Origin: Candidatus Latescibacterota bacterium
Lineage (GTDB): Bacteria; Latescibacterota; CBDEFO01
Assembly (NCBI GenBank): GCA_965248755.1
Contig: OZ252149.1
Coordinates: forward strand, 3,296,001 to 3,360,000
DNA: 64,000 nt
Direction: 5' to 3'
Part shown: piece by piece, positions 19,004-27,443 of the stretch
Layout of the letters: each line of letters starts with the position of its first letter
Position numbering within the stretch: the first letter of the stretch is position 1
Program-made: the position numbers and the translations under genes
The notes under the pieces: generated by a model
What the model was told of the DNA's origin: nothing
What the model saw: the letters and a program-made list of their open reading frames with translations, nothing else
Databases searched by the model: none

Positions 19004-19981
19004 ATGAATGTTCCGCCCACGGACGGAATTCAAGTTCCCGTAGAGGATCTCCGCAAGCAGGTGGCGTCCATTTACCGGGAAGTACCCGTTCCCGAGGATC
19101 ACGCCCAACTGATCGCCGATCTCCTGATCGACACGGAGCTGCGCGGCGTTGTCAGTCACGGGGTCGTGCAGGTCGAACGCTATGTGCGCGCCTTCCAGAA
19201 GGGTAAAGCCAACACGCACCCCAACGTTCGGGTTCTGAAGGAAGGCCCTGTGACAGCGGCCCTCGATGGGGACGGTGGTCTCGGGATGATCGTCGCCACG
19301 AAGGCCATGCAGATGGCAATAGCTAAAGCCAAGAAGATGGGGATCGGAGTCACGACAAGTACCTACCACGATCACCTTGGGAGTTCGGGAAAGTATATCC
19401 GGATGGCCCTGCGCGATGACCTGATCGGGATTAGCTTCTCGGGTAGGAACGCATCGCCGAGCTACGACTACAACAGCACCATTCAAGGTTCGATACAGGG
19501 GAGTCCGCCGCTCGCCTTCGGCATGCCCTCCGGGCCAGATCAGCCCTACTTCATGCTGGACCTGGCTAGTCACATGGTGTGGGATGAGGAGTGCTTCAAG
19601 AAGATGCCTCAGGTCTTCTTCAAATGCATCGGGCTCTCACACGTGGCCAACATCATGAGCGGCACCCTGGGAGGTCAGATGCTTCCGGAGTTCAACCGCA
19701 AGAACGTCAAGTACACCGGCGCCGACCAATCCGGGTTCTTCATGGCCCTTGATATCGAGTGTTTCGTCCCGCTCCAGGCCTTCAAGGACGATATGGACTT
19801 TCTGATGGAAGAGACAAGCAAGATGAAGCCCTTTCCGGGCTATTCCGAATCTACCCTCCCCGGTAGACGCGCGTGGAAGAAGGAGAAAGAATATTTGCAG
19901 GATGGCATTCCCATCTCCGAGACCGCAGTTAAATCGTTGGAGAAATTGGCTCTTGAATTTGGCCTTCCTATTCCCTGGTAG
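19004..19981 (+). CDS. Ldh_2 family (malate/L-lactate/sulfolactate dehydrogenase-like) oxidoreductase
   Basis: ELRGVVSHGV, LDGDGGLG, AIAKAKKMGIG and DHLG motifs. Confidence 0.87.
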   Translation: MNVPPTDGIQVPVEDLRKQVASIYREVPVPEDHAQLIADLLIDTELRGVVSHGVVQVERYVRAFQKGKANTHPNVRVLKEGPVTAALDGDGGLGMIVATKAMQMAIAKAKKMGIGVTTSTYHDHLGSSGKYIRMALRDDLIGISFSGRNASPSYDYNSTIQGSIQGSPPLAFGMPSGPDQPYFMLDLASHMVWDEECFKKMPQVFFKCIGLSHVANIMSGTLGGQMLPEFNRKNVKYTGADQSGFFMALDIECFVPLQAFKDDMDFLMEETSKMKPFPGYSESTLPGRRAWKKEKEYLQDGIPISETAVKSLEKLALEFGLPIPW

Positions 19982-20375
19982 AGGGGCAGAAGCGCAGTAA
20001 CTCCGCTTATACTATGAGACGACAGTACGTGCGGTAGGTGTGCACGGATCGTGATCCCCGTTACACTCAATCGAGGAAGAAGTATGTCTTCCGATTCAAG
20101 TAGGCGGGACCTCGATCCGCAATCCCATTTTCACTGTGGAGAACGCAGGCACTAAGTTTTAAAGGCGAATTCGGATTCTGGAAAGAGCAACCAGAGCAAA
20201 TATGTTCCTCTCTTTTGTTCCTCAGATTTTGATATAGACAGCTGGAAGTAGCGATTCTGGCGCTGCACCTGGCCTCTATTCGTTGCGCTTCATAGGGAGG
20301 CGAGCTTAGTCATCAGGTGCGTCGAACAAACGGTACCAATTTCAAAGGTTGAAACGATAAGATCTGGAGAAATCT

Positions 20376-21470
20376 ATGCTCCAAGAAGCAATCTATCCGA
20401 ATGATCAGAAAGCCTTGAAGGTTTCTGCAGAGAGATCGGAGGTGTTACTCAAGTCGGATGAGATCTTGAACTTCCCCCGCATTATTGAACTTGCAGGGGA
20501 CAGTTTGGCCCTCCCTTATGGTCGGGGAAGGCATCTGGGGGATGAGACGCGCCCCGTCGCCATCTCCCATGATTTTGGGGTGACATGGGTGGACCTACCT
20601 CCCGACCACCCTATCGCTGATAACGTGGAAACCTCGGGAATTCTGGGTTACTTGAAGGACGACACCATCGCCTACATAGATGTATATCCGCTGAATTTAG
20701 AGCGTTCCCGTGCTGATGAACCATATCATCGGGGGAAGGTGAAAGATCCGGTATTCAGGCTCCGCCGATTCTCCACGAAGGCGGAGTTGCTCGAAGATTC
20801 TACTTTCAAAGTATTGAATCTTCCCTGGGAGACGGCCGCATACCAACTCTACGGTACCCTCTTGGAACTGGAGAACGGCGATCTTTTGACCGCATTTCTA
20901 GGCATGCCATCTGAAACGCGCTACAACTCCACGAACTTTATCGCCCGGTCCACCGACGGCGGTAAGACCTTTGAACACGTATGCACCCTTAACACCGAGA
21001 TAGATGGCAAACCGGTAGGTGAGGGAGGGCTTTCCGAGCCGGACATGGAAGTGCTGGCTAACGGTGAGATCCTGTGCATCATGCGCACCGGTTCGGGGTC
21101 ACCCATGTACCAGTGCAGATCCACGGACGGCGGCTGGACGTGGAGCGAGCCGGTGTCTGTAGGATGGCCGGGTGTAAAACCTCACCTGCGGCTTCTGGCC
21201 AATGGAATCCTCGCGTGCACTTCCGGACGCGGGGTATACGGACATCCACAGGTTACCTTTGCCATGTTCAGCTTAGATGGTACGGGAGAAGTGTGGGAGC
21301 ACCCCTTTGTTTTCCATACCGGGCCAGGCTGTTCGTATACGTCCAACATGGAGCGTGACGGCAAGTTCTACGTTGTCTATTCCCACTCCTCGTTTACAGA
21401 GCCAGCCGACACATACGGACTCCCGTATCACGCCATCAAATGGGTTGTCCTTAACTTGGAAATTCACTAA
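20376..21470 (+). CDS. BNR/Asp-box sialidase-like protein (no signal peptide)
   Basis: Asp boxes SHDFGVTW, STDGGKTF and STDGGWTW; FPR, SEPD and CSYTS motifs. Confidence 0.8.
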   Translation: MLQEAIYPNDQKALKVSAERSEVLLKSDEILNFPRIIELAGDSLALPYGRGRHLGDETRPVAISHDFGVTWVDLPPDHPIADNVETSGILGYLKDDTIAYIDVYPLNLERSRADEPYHRGKVKDPVFRLRRFSTKAELLEDSTFKVLNLPWETAAYQLYGTLLELENGDLLTAFLGMPSETRYNSTNFIARSTDGGKTFEHVCTLNTEIDGKPVGEGGLSEPDMEVLANGEILCIMRTGSGSPMYQCRSTDGGWTWSEPVSVGWPGVKPHLRLLANGILACTSGRGVYGHPQVTFAMFSLDGTGEVWEHPFVFHTGPGCSYTSNMERDGKFYVVYSHSSFTEPADTYGLPYHAIKWVVLNLEIH

Positions 21471-21529
21471 ACGTCAGTGGTATTCTTTCCGGAGGATGGA
21501 CTTATTCTCGTATATTTACCCCTGATCCG

Positions 21530-21551
21530 CCCCGATAGATTCAATTGGGGG
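21530..21551 (+). repeat. Palindromic micro-element copy
   Basis: CCCCGATAGATTCAATTGGGGG, directly abutting a -35 hexamer. Confidence 0.8.
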
Positions 21552-21581
21552 TTGACATTGACTTATCTCCTGCGTTATCTT
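21552..21581 (+). promoter_or_regulatory. Sigma70 promoter upstream of the aldolase
   Basis: TTGACA-N18-TATCTT. Confidence 0.5.
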
Positions 21582-21655
21582 ATTTCATGAGCTTAGGACT
21601 GATCCAGGTCAGCCTTTTAGATGTCGAACGCCACTTAGAGAATGTGGGACATAAT

Positions 21656-21740
21656 AAGCGAAGGCGCTGAAAGCGGAGGCGCTCAAAGCTGAGGTGCTCA
21701 AAGCTGAGGTGCTCAAAGCTGAGGTGCTCAAAGCTGAGGA
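21656..21740 (+). repeat. 15-bp tandem repeat (AAAGCTGAGGTGCTC), about 5.7 units
   Basis: Three perfect units at 21685-21729, two degenerate units upstream and a partial unit ending just before ATG 21749. Confidence 0.95.
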
Positions 21741-21748
21741 TAACAAGT

Positions 21749-22507
21749 ATGAGGACTAATCGCATCAAAGAAAAATTTAGAAATGGACAGGCCGTAGTGG
21801 GCATAGAAATAGGTATACCGAATCCTATACTTGTGAACGCCCTCTCCAAGGTGGGCTTTGATTTTATGATGCTGGATATGGAGCACACATCCATAGATAG
21901 GGCTGTTCTGCCCTCTTTGATTATAGCCCTGGAAGCGTCAGAGACAGAGGCGATCGTACGAGTTCCGTGGAACGATTTTGTGATAGTAAAGCAGGTTCTG
22001 GACTCCGGAGTTTATAACGTGATCTTCCCTATGATAAACTCGGCCGAGGAGGCTCGTCAGGCAGTTGCAGCAACCAGATATCCGCCCGATGGGATAAGGG
22101 GCAGCGGACCCTGGCTCTCATCGGGATATTATGCCTATCCCGCCGAATATATGAAAAGAGCCAACGATGAAGTCGGGGTTTTCGTCCAGATAGAGCATCA
22201 GAAGGCTGTGGACAACATGGAGGAGATTCTGTCCGTGGAGGGAGTTGATGGGACGTTCTGCGGGCCTTCCGATCTGAGTTTTTCGCTGGGCAAATTCCCG
22301 GGGGAGGCAGTTGAAGAGGTCAGAGAGAGATTCGAAAGGGTCCTGGAGGTGTGCCAGAAGCATAACGTAGCCTTCGGCTTGGCTTCTGGAGATCCTGATA
22401 ACGCTAACTTCTGGCTTGAAAGAGGGGCTAAGCTAGTGACCCTCGGAGGGGACATGGGATTTGCGCTGGACGGCGCAAGGAAGGCGTTAGAGGCTGTAGC
22501 GAGCTAA
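21749..22507 (+). CDS. HpcH/HpaI family class II pyruvate aldolase
   Basis: GFDFMMLDMEH, AIVRVPWND, TRYPPDGIRG, VQIEH and CGPSDLS motifs. Confidence 0.92.
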   Translation: MRTNRIKEKFRNGQAVVGIEIGIPNPILVNALSKVGFDFMMLDMEHTSIDRAVLPSLIIALEASETEAIVRVPWNDFVIVKQVLDSGVYNVIFPMINSAEEARQAVAATRYPPDGIRGSGPWLSSGYYAYPAEYMKRANDEVGVFVQIEHQKAVDNMEEILSVEGVDGTFCGPSDLSFSLGKFPGEAVEEVRERFERVLEVCQKHNVAFGLASGDPDNANFWLERGAKLVTLGGDMGFALDGARKALEAVAS

Positions 22508-22616
22508 ATTACAGCGGGGAAAACGCCTCGATAGTGGCTGAAAACTCTGCTTTGAAACGCATGTAACAGACTACACGGGCGCGGTGGGCGCTCTGTTGGG
22601 GAGGAGGCGACAGCAT

Positions 22617-23525
22617 ATGAAGTGGATCCATATCACCGACATGCAATTCGGTCAGGTACCAAACGCTGAAGAACAGAACAGACTCAATGAGGAACTTATC
22701 GCAAGGGTGCGGAATCAAAAACCCGACTTTGTGGTCAACTCGGGCGACCTCGTGAGTCATATGGAAGGTTTCCAGCCCGGTGTTCGCGATGAAGACAAGT
22801 TTGTCGCACAGTGCTGGCGGGATTATCATCGAGTGATTGACCCACTTGCTGGAGAATGCCCCGTCTTATGTTGTCCAGGAAATCACGACCAGACGCGCCC
22901 GGGCCGGTCGTTAGAGAACTACTGCAAAAACGTCGGACGCACGGGCCAACCGCCCTACTTCGCCAAGACGTTCGGCGATATTCACGTGGTGATGCTGGAC
23001 CAGGTGCTGCGCACAGGAGAGCACGATTGGGAGGACAACGTTACAACCCGCCTCAGTCATATGGGAGGCTTCCTGCCTGGCTCCGCGCAGGACCGTTGGC
23101 TGCACCGCCACCTGTCGAAGGCGCGCCGCGCACGGGTGAAGATTGCCGTGGGACACTGGCCTATCTTTGCCCCCCGCACTGTGTATCACGACACCGACTC
23201 CTCGCTGCGCTACGACGAGATGACGAAGCATCCGGGGGTGCTGCTGCCGCAGTTGATCGAAGCGAGGTTCGATCTGTATCTGTGCGGGCATCACCACGTC
23301 TACGAGCGCAGCCGCCACCCTAAACTGATGCAAGTGAAGACAGGGGCCAATGGGATCGCGTTTCCGGGGGTTATGCGTAAGCCTAACCAATATTTTGAGA
23401 AGCACGATTATCGTCAGGGCTACACGCGCTTTGTGTATGACTTTTCGGCTAACAAGATCCACGGGGAGGCCGTTGCCCTGGACGGTGACATTATGGACGC
23501 CTGGTCGCAGAGCGTGAAAGGCTGA
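22617..23525 (+). CDS. Calcineurin-like metallophosphoesterase
   Basis: DMQFG, SGDLV, PGNHD, GHWP and CGHHHVYER motifs; ATG 22617 with GGAGGAGG RBS. Confidence 0.88.
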   Translation: MKWIHITDMQFGQVPNAEEQNRLNEELIARVRNQKPDFVVNSGDLVSHMEGFQPGVRDEDKFVAQCWRDYHRVIDPLAGECPVLCCPGNHDQTRPGRSLENYCKNVGRTGQPPYFAKTFGDIHVVMLDQVLRTGEHDWEDNVTTRLSHMGGFLPGSAQDRWLHRHLSKARRARVKIAVGHWPIFAPRTVYHDTDSSLRYDEMTKHPGVLLPQLIEARFDLYLCGHHHVYERSRHPKLMQVKTGANGIAFPGVMRKPNQYFEKHDYRQGYTRFVYDFSANKIHGEAVALDGDIMDAWSQSVKG

Positions 23526-23589
23526 CCGGATATTCGAGATGAAGCTGAAGCGATTCTATTACTAAGGAACCTAATAGAAAGGCAGATTG

Positions 23590-24477
23590 ATGAAGATTCA
23601 GATCGGTTCTGCTCCAGATTCATGGGGTGTCTGGTTTCCCGATGATCCCAAGCAAACCCCATGGTATAGATTCCTGGATGAAGTGGTCGAAGCTGGGTAC
23701 GAATGGATAGAGTTGGGTCCCTACGGGTATCTGCCACAAGATCCATCCACACTCCGCGGTGAACTCGAAGAGCGCGGCCTGAAGGCCTGCGCATGTGTCG
23801 TGGAGGGCAATCTTGAAGAACCGTCAGCGTGGGCTGGCGTTGAAAGGCAGGTCCTGGGAGGAGGCGAGCTGGCAGCCGCGTTGGATGGGAAGGTTTTAGT
23901 GTTGATCGACGACGCGTACGAGGATCTTCACACGGGCCAGCCGACCGGGCCCACGCGTCTGGATGAGGGTGCCTGGGGGCGCTTAATCGACACCACGCAG
24001 AAGATTGCAGAAATTGCACGCGATCGCTTTTGTCTCAAGCTGGCGTTTCACCCTAACCCAGGGACACACGTCGAGTACGAAGGCCAAATCGAAAAGTTGC
24101 TGGAGGAGACCGATCCAGACCTGGTGTCGCTCTGTCTGGATATCGGCCACCACGCCTACCGCGGTGGTGATCCTGTCGCCTTCATACGCCGCTATCACCG
24201 GCGCATCTGTCATCTCCATATCAAGAATATCAAAATGGAGATCCTGAAGAAAGTCCAGTCCGAAGGGATCCACTTCGCAAAGGCAGTGGCGATGGGAATA
24301 TTCTGCGGGCCAAACGAGGGTATAGTGGATTTTCTGGCTGTGCGTGATGTCCTTCGGGAAATCGACTACAACGGCTTTGGGATTGTCGAACAGGACATGT
24401 ATCCGGCACCATTCGACAAGCCGCTGCCCATTGCCAAACGCAGTCGTGCTTATCTGCGTGAAACAGGAATCGGATGA
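23590..24477 (+). CDS. iolE: Myo-inosose-2 dehydratase-like TIM barrel (IolE / AP endonuclease 2 family)
   Basis: SAPDSWGVWF, ELGPYGYLP, FHP, LCLDIGH, HLHIK and IVEQDMYP motifs. Confidence 0.72.
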   Translation: MKIQIGSAPDSWGVWFPDDPKQTPWYRFLDEVVEAGYEWIELGPYGYLPQDPSTLRGELEERGLKACACVVEGNLEEPSAWAGVERQVLGGGELAAALDGKVLVLIDDAYEDLHTGQPTGPTRLDEGAWGRLIDTTQKIAEIARDRFCLKLAFHPNPGTHVEYEGQIEKLLEETDPDLVSLCLDIGHHAYRGGDPVAFIRRYHRRICHLHIKNIKMEILKKVQSEGIHFAKAVAMGIFCGPNEGIVDFLAVRDVLREIDYNGFGIVEQDMYPAPFDKPLPIAKRSRAYLRETGIG

Positions 24478-24514
24478 TTGTTGTTTTGAGCGCCTGTTTT
24501 AGGTTTGTCCCTGA

Positions 24515-24566
24515 TCCCCGATAGATTCATTCGGGGACAATTGGGGATTCAATCGGGGATCGGGGA
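24515..24566 (+). repeat. Palindromic micro-element followed by three extra right arms
   Basis: TCCCCGATAGATTCATTCGGGGA-CAATTGGGGA-TTCAATCGGGGA-TCGGGGA. Confidence 0.85.
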
Positions 24567-24621
24567 AAGGGAAATGAGCAAGCTTAGTTATCTGATAACA
24601 TAGAAAAGAGGAGGTGACACT

Positions 24622-26091
24622 ATGACTCCCCCGGTGGTACCTATCCTGGTTGGCGACAAGTGGTCCCAACCTAAAGTGACACAATTAGACAAGGTCTACA
24701 ATCCCTCCACAGGCGAAGTCATCGCCCAGATCCCGATGTGCGGGGCCAGGGAAGTAGATATAGCTGTAGAGGCAGCCCGCAAAGCCTTTATCTCCTGGGC
24801 CAAGACACCAGCTCTTTCAAGAGCGCGTGTTCTGTTCCGCTACCGGGAACTGTTAGAAGCGAACTTTTCTGAACTCATCCTGATCATATGCAGGGAAAAC
24901 GGGAAGACCCTTGAAGAAGCCAAGGGTGACATGCGCCGAGGCCTGGAAGTAGTCGAATTCGCCTGCAATATTGCCCACCTGACCAAAGGCGAGAATTTGC
25001 CCCAGGTGGCCGAGGGAATAGATGGACAGACTATGCGAGAGCCCATCGGGGTATGCGCCGGCATAACGCCCTTTAACTTCCCCGCCATGGTGCCCATGTG
25101 GATGTTTCCAATGGCTATTGCCTGCGGCAACACCTTTATTCTCAAGCCCAGCGAAAAGGTGCCCCTGACGGCCAACAGGCTGGCGGAAATCTTCATTGAG
25201 GCCGGGCTTCCGGAAGGTGTGTTCAATATTGTGCACGGCGGTGTGGACGTAGTGGACGCGATCTGCACCCATCCGGGTATATCCGCCATCAGTTTTGTAG
25301 GTTCGTCGCCCGTTGCCCAGCACGTCTACGAGCTGGGTTGTAAACATGGCAAACGGGTGCAGTCAGCAGGCGGCGCGAAAAACGTACTCCTGGTCATGCC
25401 GGATGCCGATCCGGATCCAACCGTGCAGGCCATAATGGGGTCTGCCTTTGGGTGTGCCGGGCAACGATGTATGGCGGGGTCGCTACTAATGGGCGTCGGT
25501 AAGGCAGGAAAGCCACTTCTGGAGCAGGTTGTCGCCGCGATGGACAACATTAAGGTGGACGATACGGTCGCTAACCCAGAGGCCCAGATGGGGCCGGTGA
25601 TAAATGGTCGGGCCCGGGATCGAATCTTCTCCTACATCGACGGGGCTGCGGACCAGGGAATAGGGGTAGTGGGGGATGGCCGGAATCGCATCCCCGACAG
25701 GGGCTTTTTCGTAAGTCCTACTCTGTTCGACGAGGTTACTCCGCAGCAACCAGTCTTCTACGAAGAAATTTTCGGACCGGTTTTGTCCATGATGCATCCC
25801 TCTTCCCTCGGCGAAGCGATTGAGTGGTTCAACCGCATTCCTTATGGCAACGCTGCCACCATCTTTACGAGCAGCGGGAGCGCAGCAAGGCAGTTTGCTA
25901 TGGGGGTAAAATGCGGGATGATCGGCGTCAATCTGGGCGTCCCTGCTCCTGTGGCCTTGTTTTCATTCTCAGGCTGGGACCAGTCTTTTTACGGCGATCT
26001 GCACTGCCAGGGCACGGAAGGCGTAATGTTTTATACCCGGCAGAAGATCGTGCTGTCGCGCTGGCAAGCAAGTGATGAGTTCTTTTTTTGA
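24622..26091 (+). CDS. mmsA: CoA-acylating (methyl)malonate-semialdehyde dehydrogenase
   Basis: GITPFNFPAMVPMWM, KPSEKVP, ISFVGSSPVA, GGAKN, FGCAGQRCMA and EEIFGPVL; IolA-like context next to iolE. Confidence 0.9.
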   Translation: MTPPVVPILVGDKWSQPKVTQLDKVYNPSTGEVIAQIPMCGAREVDIAVEAARKAFISWAKTPALSRARVLFRYRELLEANFSELILIICRENGKTLEEAKGDMRRGLEVVEFACNIAHLTKGENLPQVAEGIDGQTMREPIGVCAGITPFNFPAMVPMWMFPMAIACGNTFILKPSEKVPLTANRLAEIFIEAGLPEGVFNIVHGGVDVVDAICTHPGISAISFVGSSPVAQHVYELGCKHGKRVQSAGGAKNVLLVMPDADPDPTVQAIMGSAFGCAGQRCMAGSLLMGVGKAGKPLLEQVVAAMDNIKVDDTVANPEAQMGPVINGRARDRIFSYIDGAADQGIGVVGDGRNRIPDRGFFVSPTLFDEVTPQQPVFYEEIFGPVLSMMHPSSLGEAIEWFNRIPYGNAATIFTSSGSAARQFAMGVKCGMIGVNLGVPAPVALFSFSGWDQSFYGDLHCQGTEGVMFYTRQKIVLSRWQASDEFFF

Positions 26092-26156
26092 ACTTAGTAA
26101 TGAAGAAAGCCGAAGCCCGTCAAACCAAGCTTGGGCTTTTATATCGCCCAATGAAT

Positions 26157-26286
26157 GTAGGGGCAAACCCTGGGGTAGTGGACAGAGGGATATGGCAATA
26201 AACCGCGAAGTGGTTCGCCCGATTTATCCGCATTTTCAGGGGCAGACACACGTCCCCGATAGAAGCAATCGGGGACTGTCCCTACA
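26157..26286 (+). repeat. Composite GTAG-type REP-like element with two inserted modules
   Basis: TGTAGGGGCAAACCC...[GGCAATAAACCGCGAAGT]GGTTCGCCC...GGGCAGACACAC[GTCCCCGATAGAAGCAATCGGGGAC]TGTCCCTAC. Confidence 0.8.
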
Positions 26287-26300
26287 GATGGTAGTAAAGT

Positions 26301-26618
26301 CTACCTCATCAAGACCAGTTTCCTTGTCTGCACAAATCTCTTCGAGCCATCCATCGCTATCCGATAGAAATAAACTCCGCTGGCAAGTCTGTTTCCATTA
26401 TTATCTTTTCCATCCCAGACTATAGAGTGGCTACCTGCATCCATCTCCTTATTCACCAGTGTCGCAACCTTCTGACCTACTATATTGAAGAGAGATATAG
26501 TAACGTGGCTTTGGATAGGAAGATCGTAGTGAATCAGCGTCGGGGGGTTGAACGGATTGAGATAATTCTGGGAGAGGGCGTAAGTTTCGGGAATGGAGGA
26601 TTCAGCCAGTTCCCTTAA
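26301..26618 (-). pseudogene. Orphan FlgD-Ig/T9SS-like C-terminal domain with no start codon
   Basis: Manual translation: IPETYALSQNYLNPFNPPTLIHYDLPIQSHVTISLFNIVGQKVATLVNKEMDAGSHSIVWDGKDNNGNRLASGVYFYRIAMDGSKRFVQTRKLVLMR*; closely similar to the tail of 2379..4463. Confidence 0.85.
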
Positions 26619-26626
26619 ATATACTT

Positions 26627-26655
26627 TTGACTTTAGTGGGTTTTTTGTTTATTTT
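26627..26655 (+). promoter_or_regulatory. Sigma70 promoter
   Basis: TTGACT-N17-TATTTT upstream of the SRPBCC gene. Confidence 0.55.
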
Positions 26656-26704
26656 TGTATTTGGAACTTATACGAGACTGACGGGGGATAGTCGAAAGTG
26701 AAGA

Positions 26705-27280
26705 TTGGTAAGCAAGATGTCTAAAACGCTAATCTTAATCTCCCTATTCTTGACCGCTGCCTTAGAGGCATCGGACTTTGAGCCAAACGCTGATGTAAAA
26801 ATAGAAAAGTATGAGGGCATATACTACGTAGAGGGCAGGTTTCAGATACCCGCTCCCGATCGGATAGTGTGGGAGGTGATAACGGACTATGATAACCTGG
26901 AGACCTTTGTGCCGGATGTGGTCAGCAGTGACTCCCTGGGATTTGACAGCGATGGGAGTATCCTTCTGGATCAAGTGGGAATAGCAAAGTTTTTCTTCTT
27001 CAGCCGTAAGATTCATGGACTCCTTGTGGTGAAGGAAGATTTTTTGCTCGGTATAACTTTTCGGCAGAAAGAGGGAGATTTCAAGCTCTATGAGGGCAGC
27101 TGGGGATTGGAAAGAGCGGATAAGGGTTCGGTTTTAACCTATTCTCTTAAAGCCAGACCAGATTTTTTCGTTCCCGGATTTCTGTTGAAGGGTCTATTGA
27201 AGAAAAAAGTTGTCGACTCTCTCAAATCTATAGCTCTTGAAACATACAGGCGTTTAAGTGTTCAAGAAGGATCGAATTAG
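26705..27280 (+). CDS. SRPBCC/polyketide cyclase (START-like) protein with signal peptide
   Basis: VWEVITDYDNLETFVPDV and GDFKLYEGSW motifs; the start may be ATG 26717. Confidence 0.8.
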   Translation: MVSKMSKTLILISLFLTAALEASDFEPNADVKIEKYEGIYYVEGRFQIPAPDRIVWEVITDYDNLETFVPDVVSSDSLGFDSDGSILLDQVGIAKFFFFSRKIHGLLVVKEDFLLGITFRQKEGDFKLYEGSWGLERADKGSVLTYSLKARPDFFVPGFLLKGLLKKKVVDSLKSIALETYRRLSVQEGSN

Positions 27281-27443
27281 TTGGAAAAGATACGAGAATT
27301 CAGGTTCTAAGCAAGAGTATCCAATAACATGTATTTCCCTTGACAAAGTCTGGAATATTTAGCTTAATATTTGTAATCGGAATCAACCAATATGCCTGGA
27401 CCGATGGAATCTATGAACCGGAAGACATAGGATAGAATAGATC

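Noticed and set aside
21656..21740. Tandem repeat considered as a CRISPR array
   Set aside because: The 15-bp units are contiguous with no spacers, and there are no cas genes in the window.
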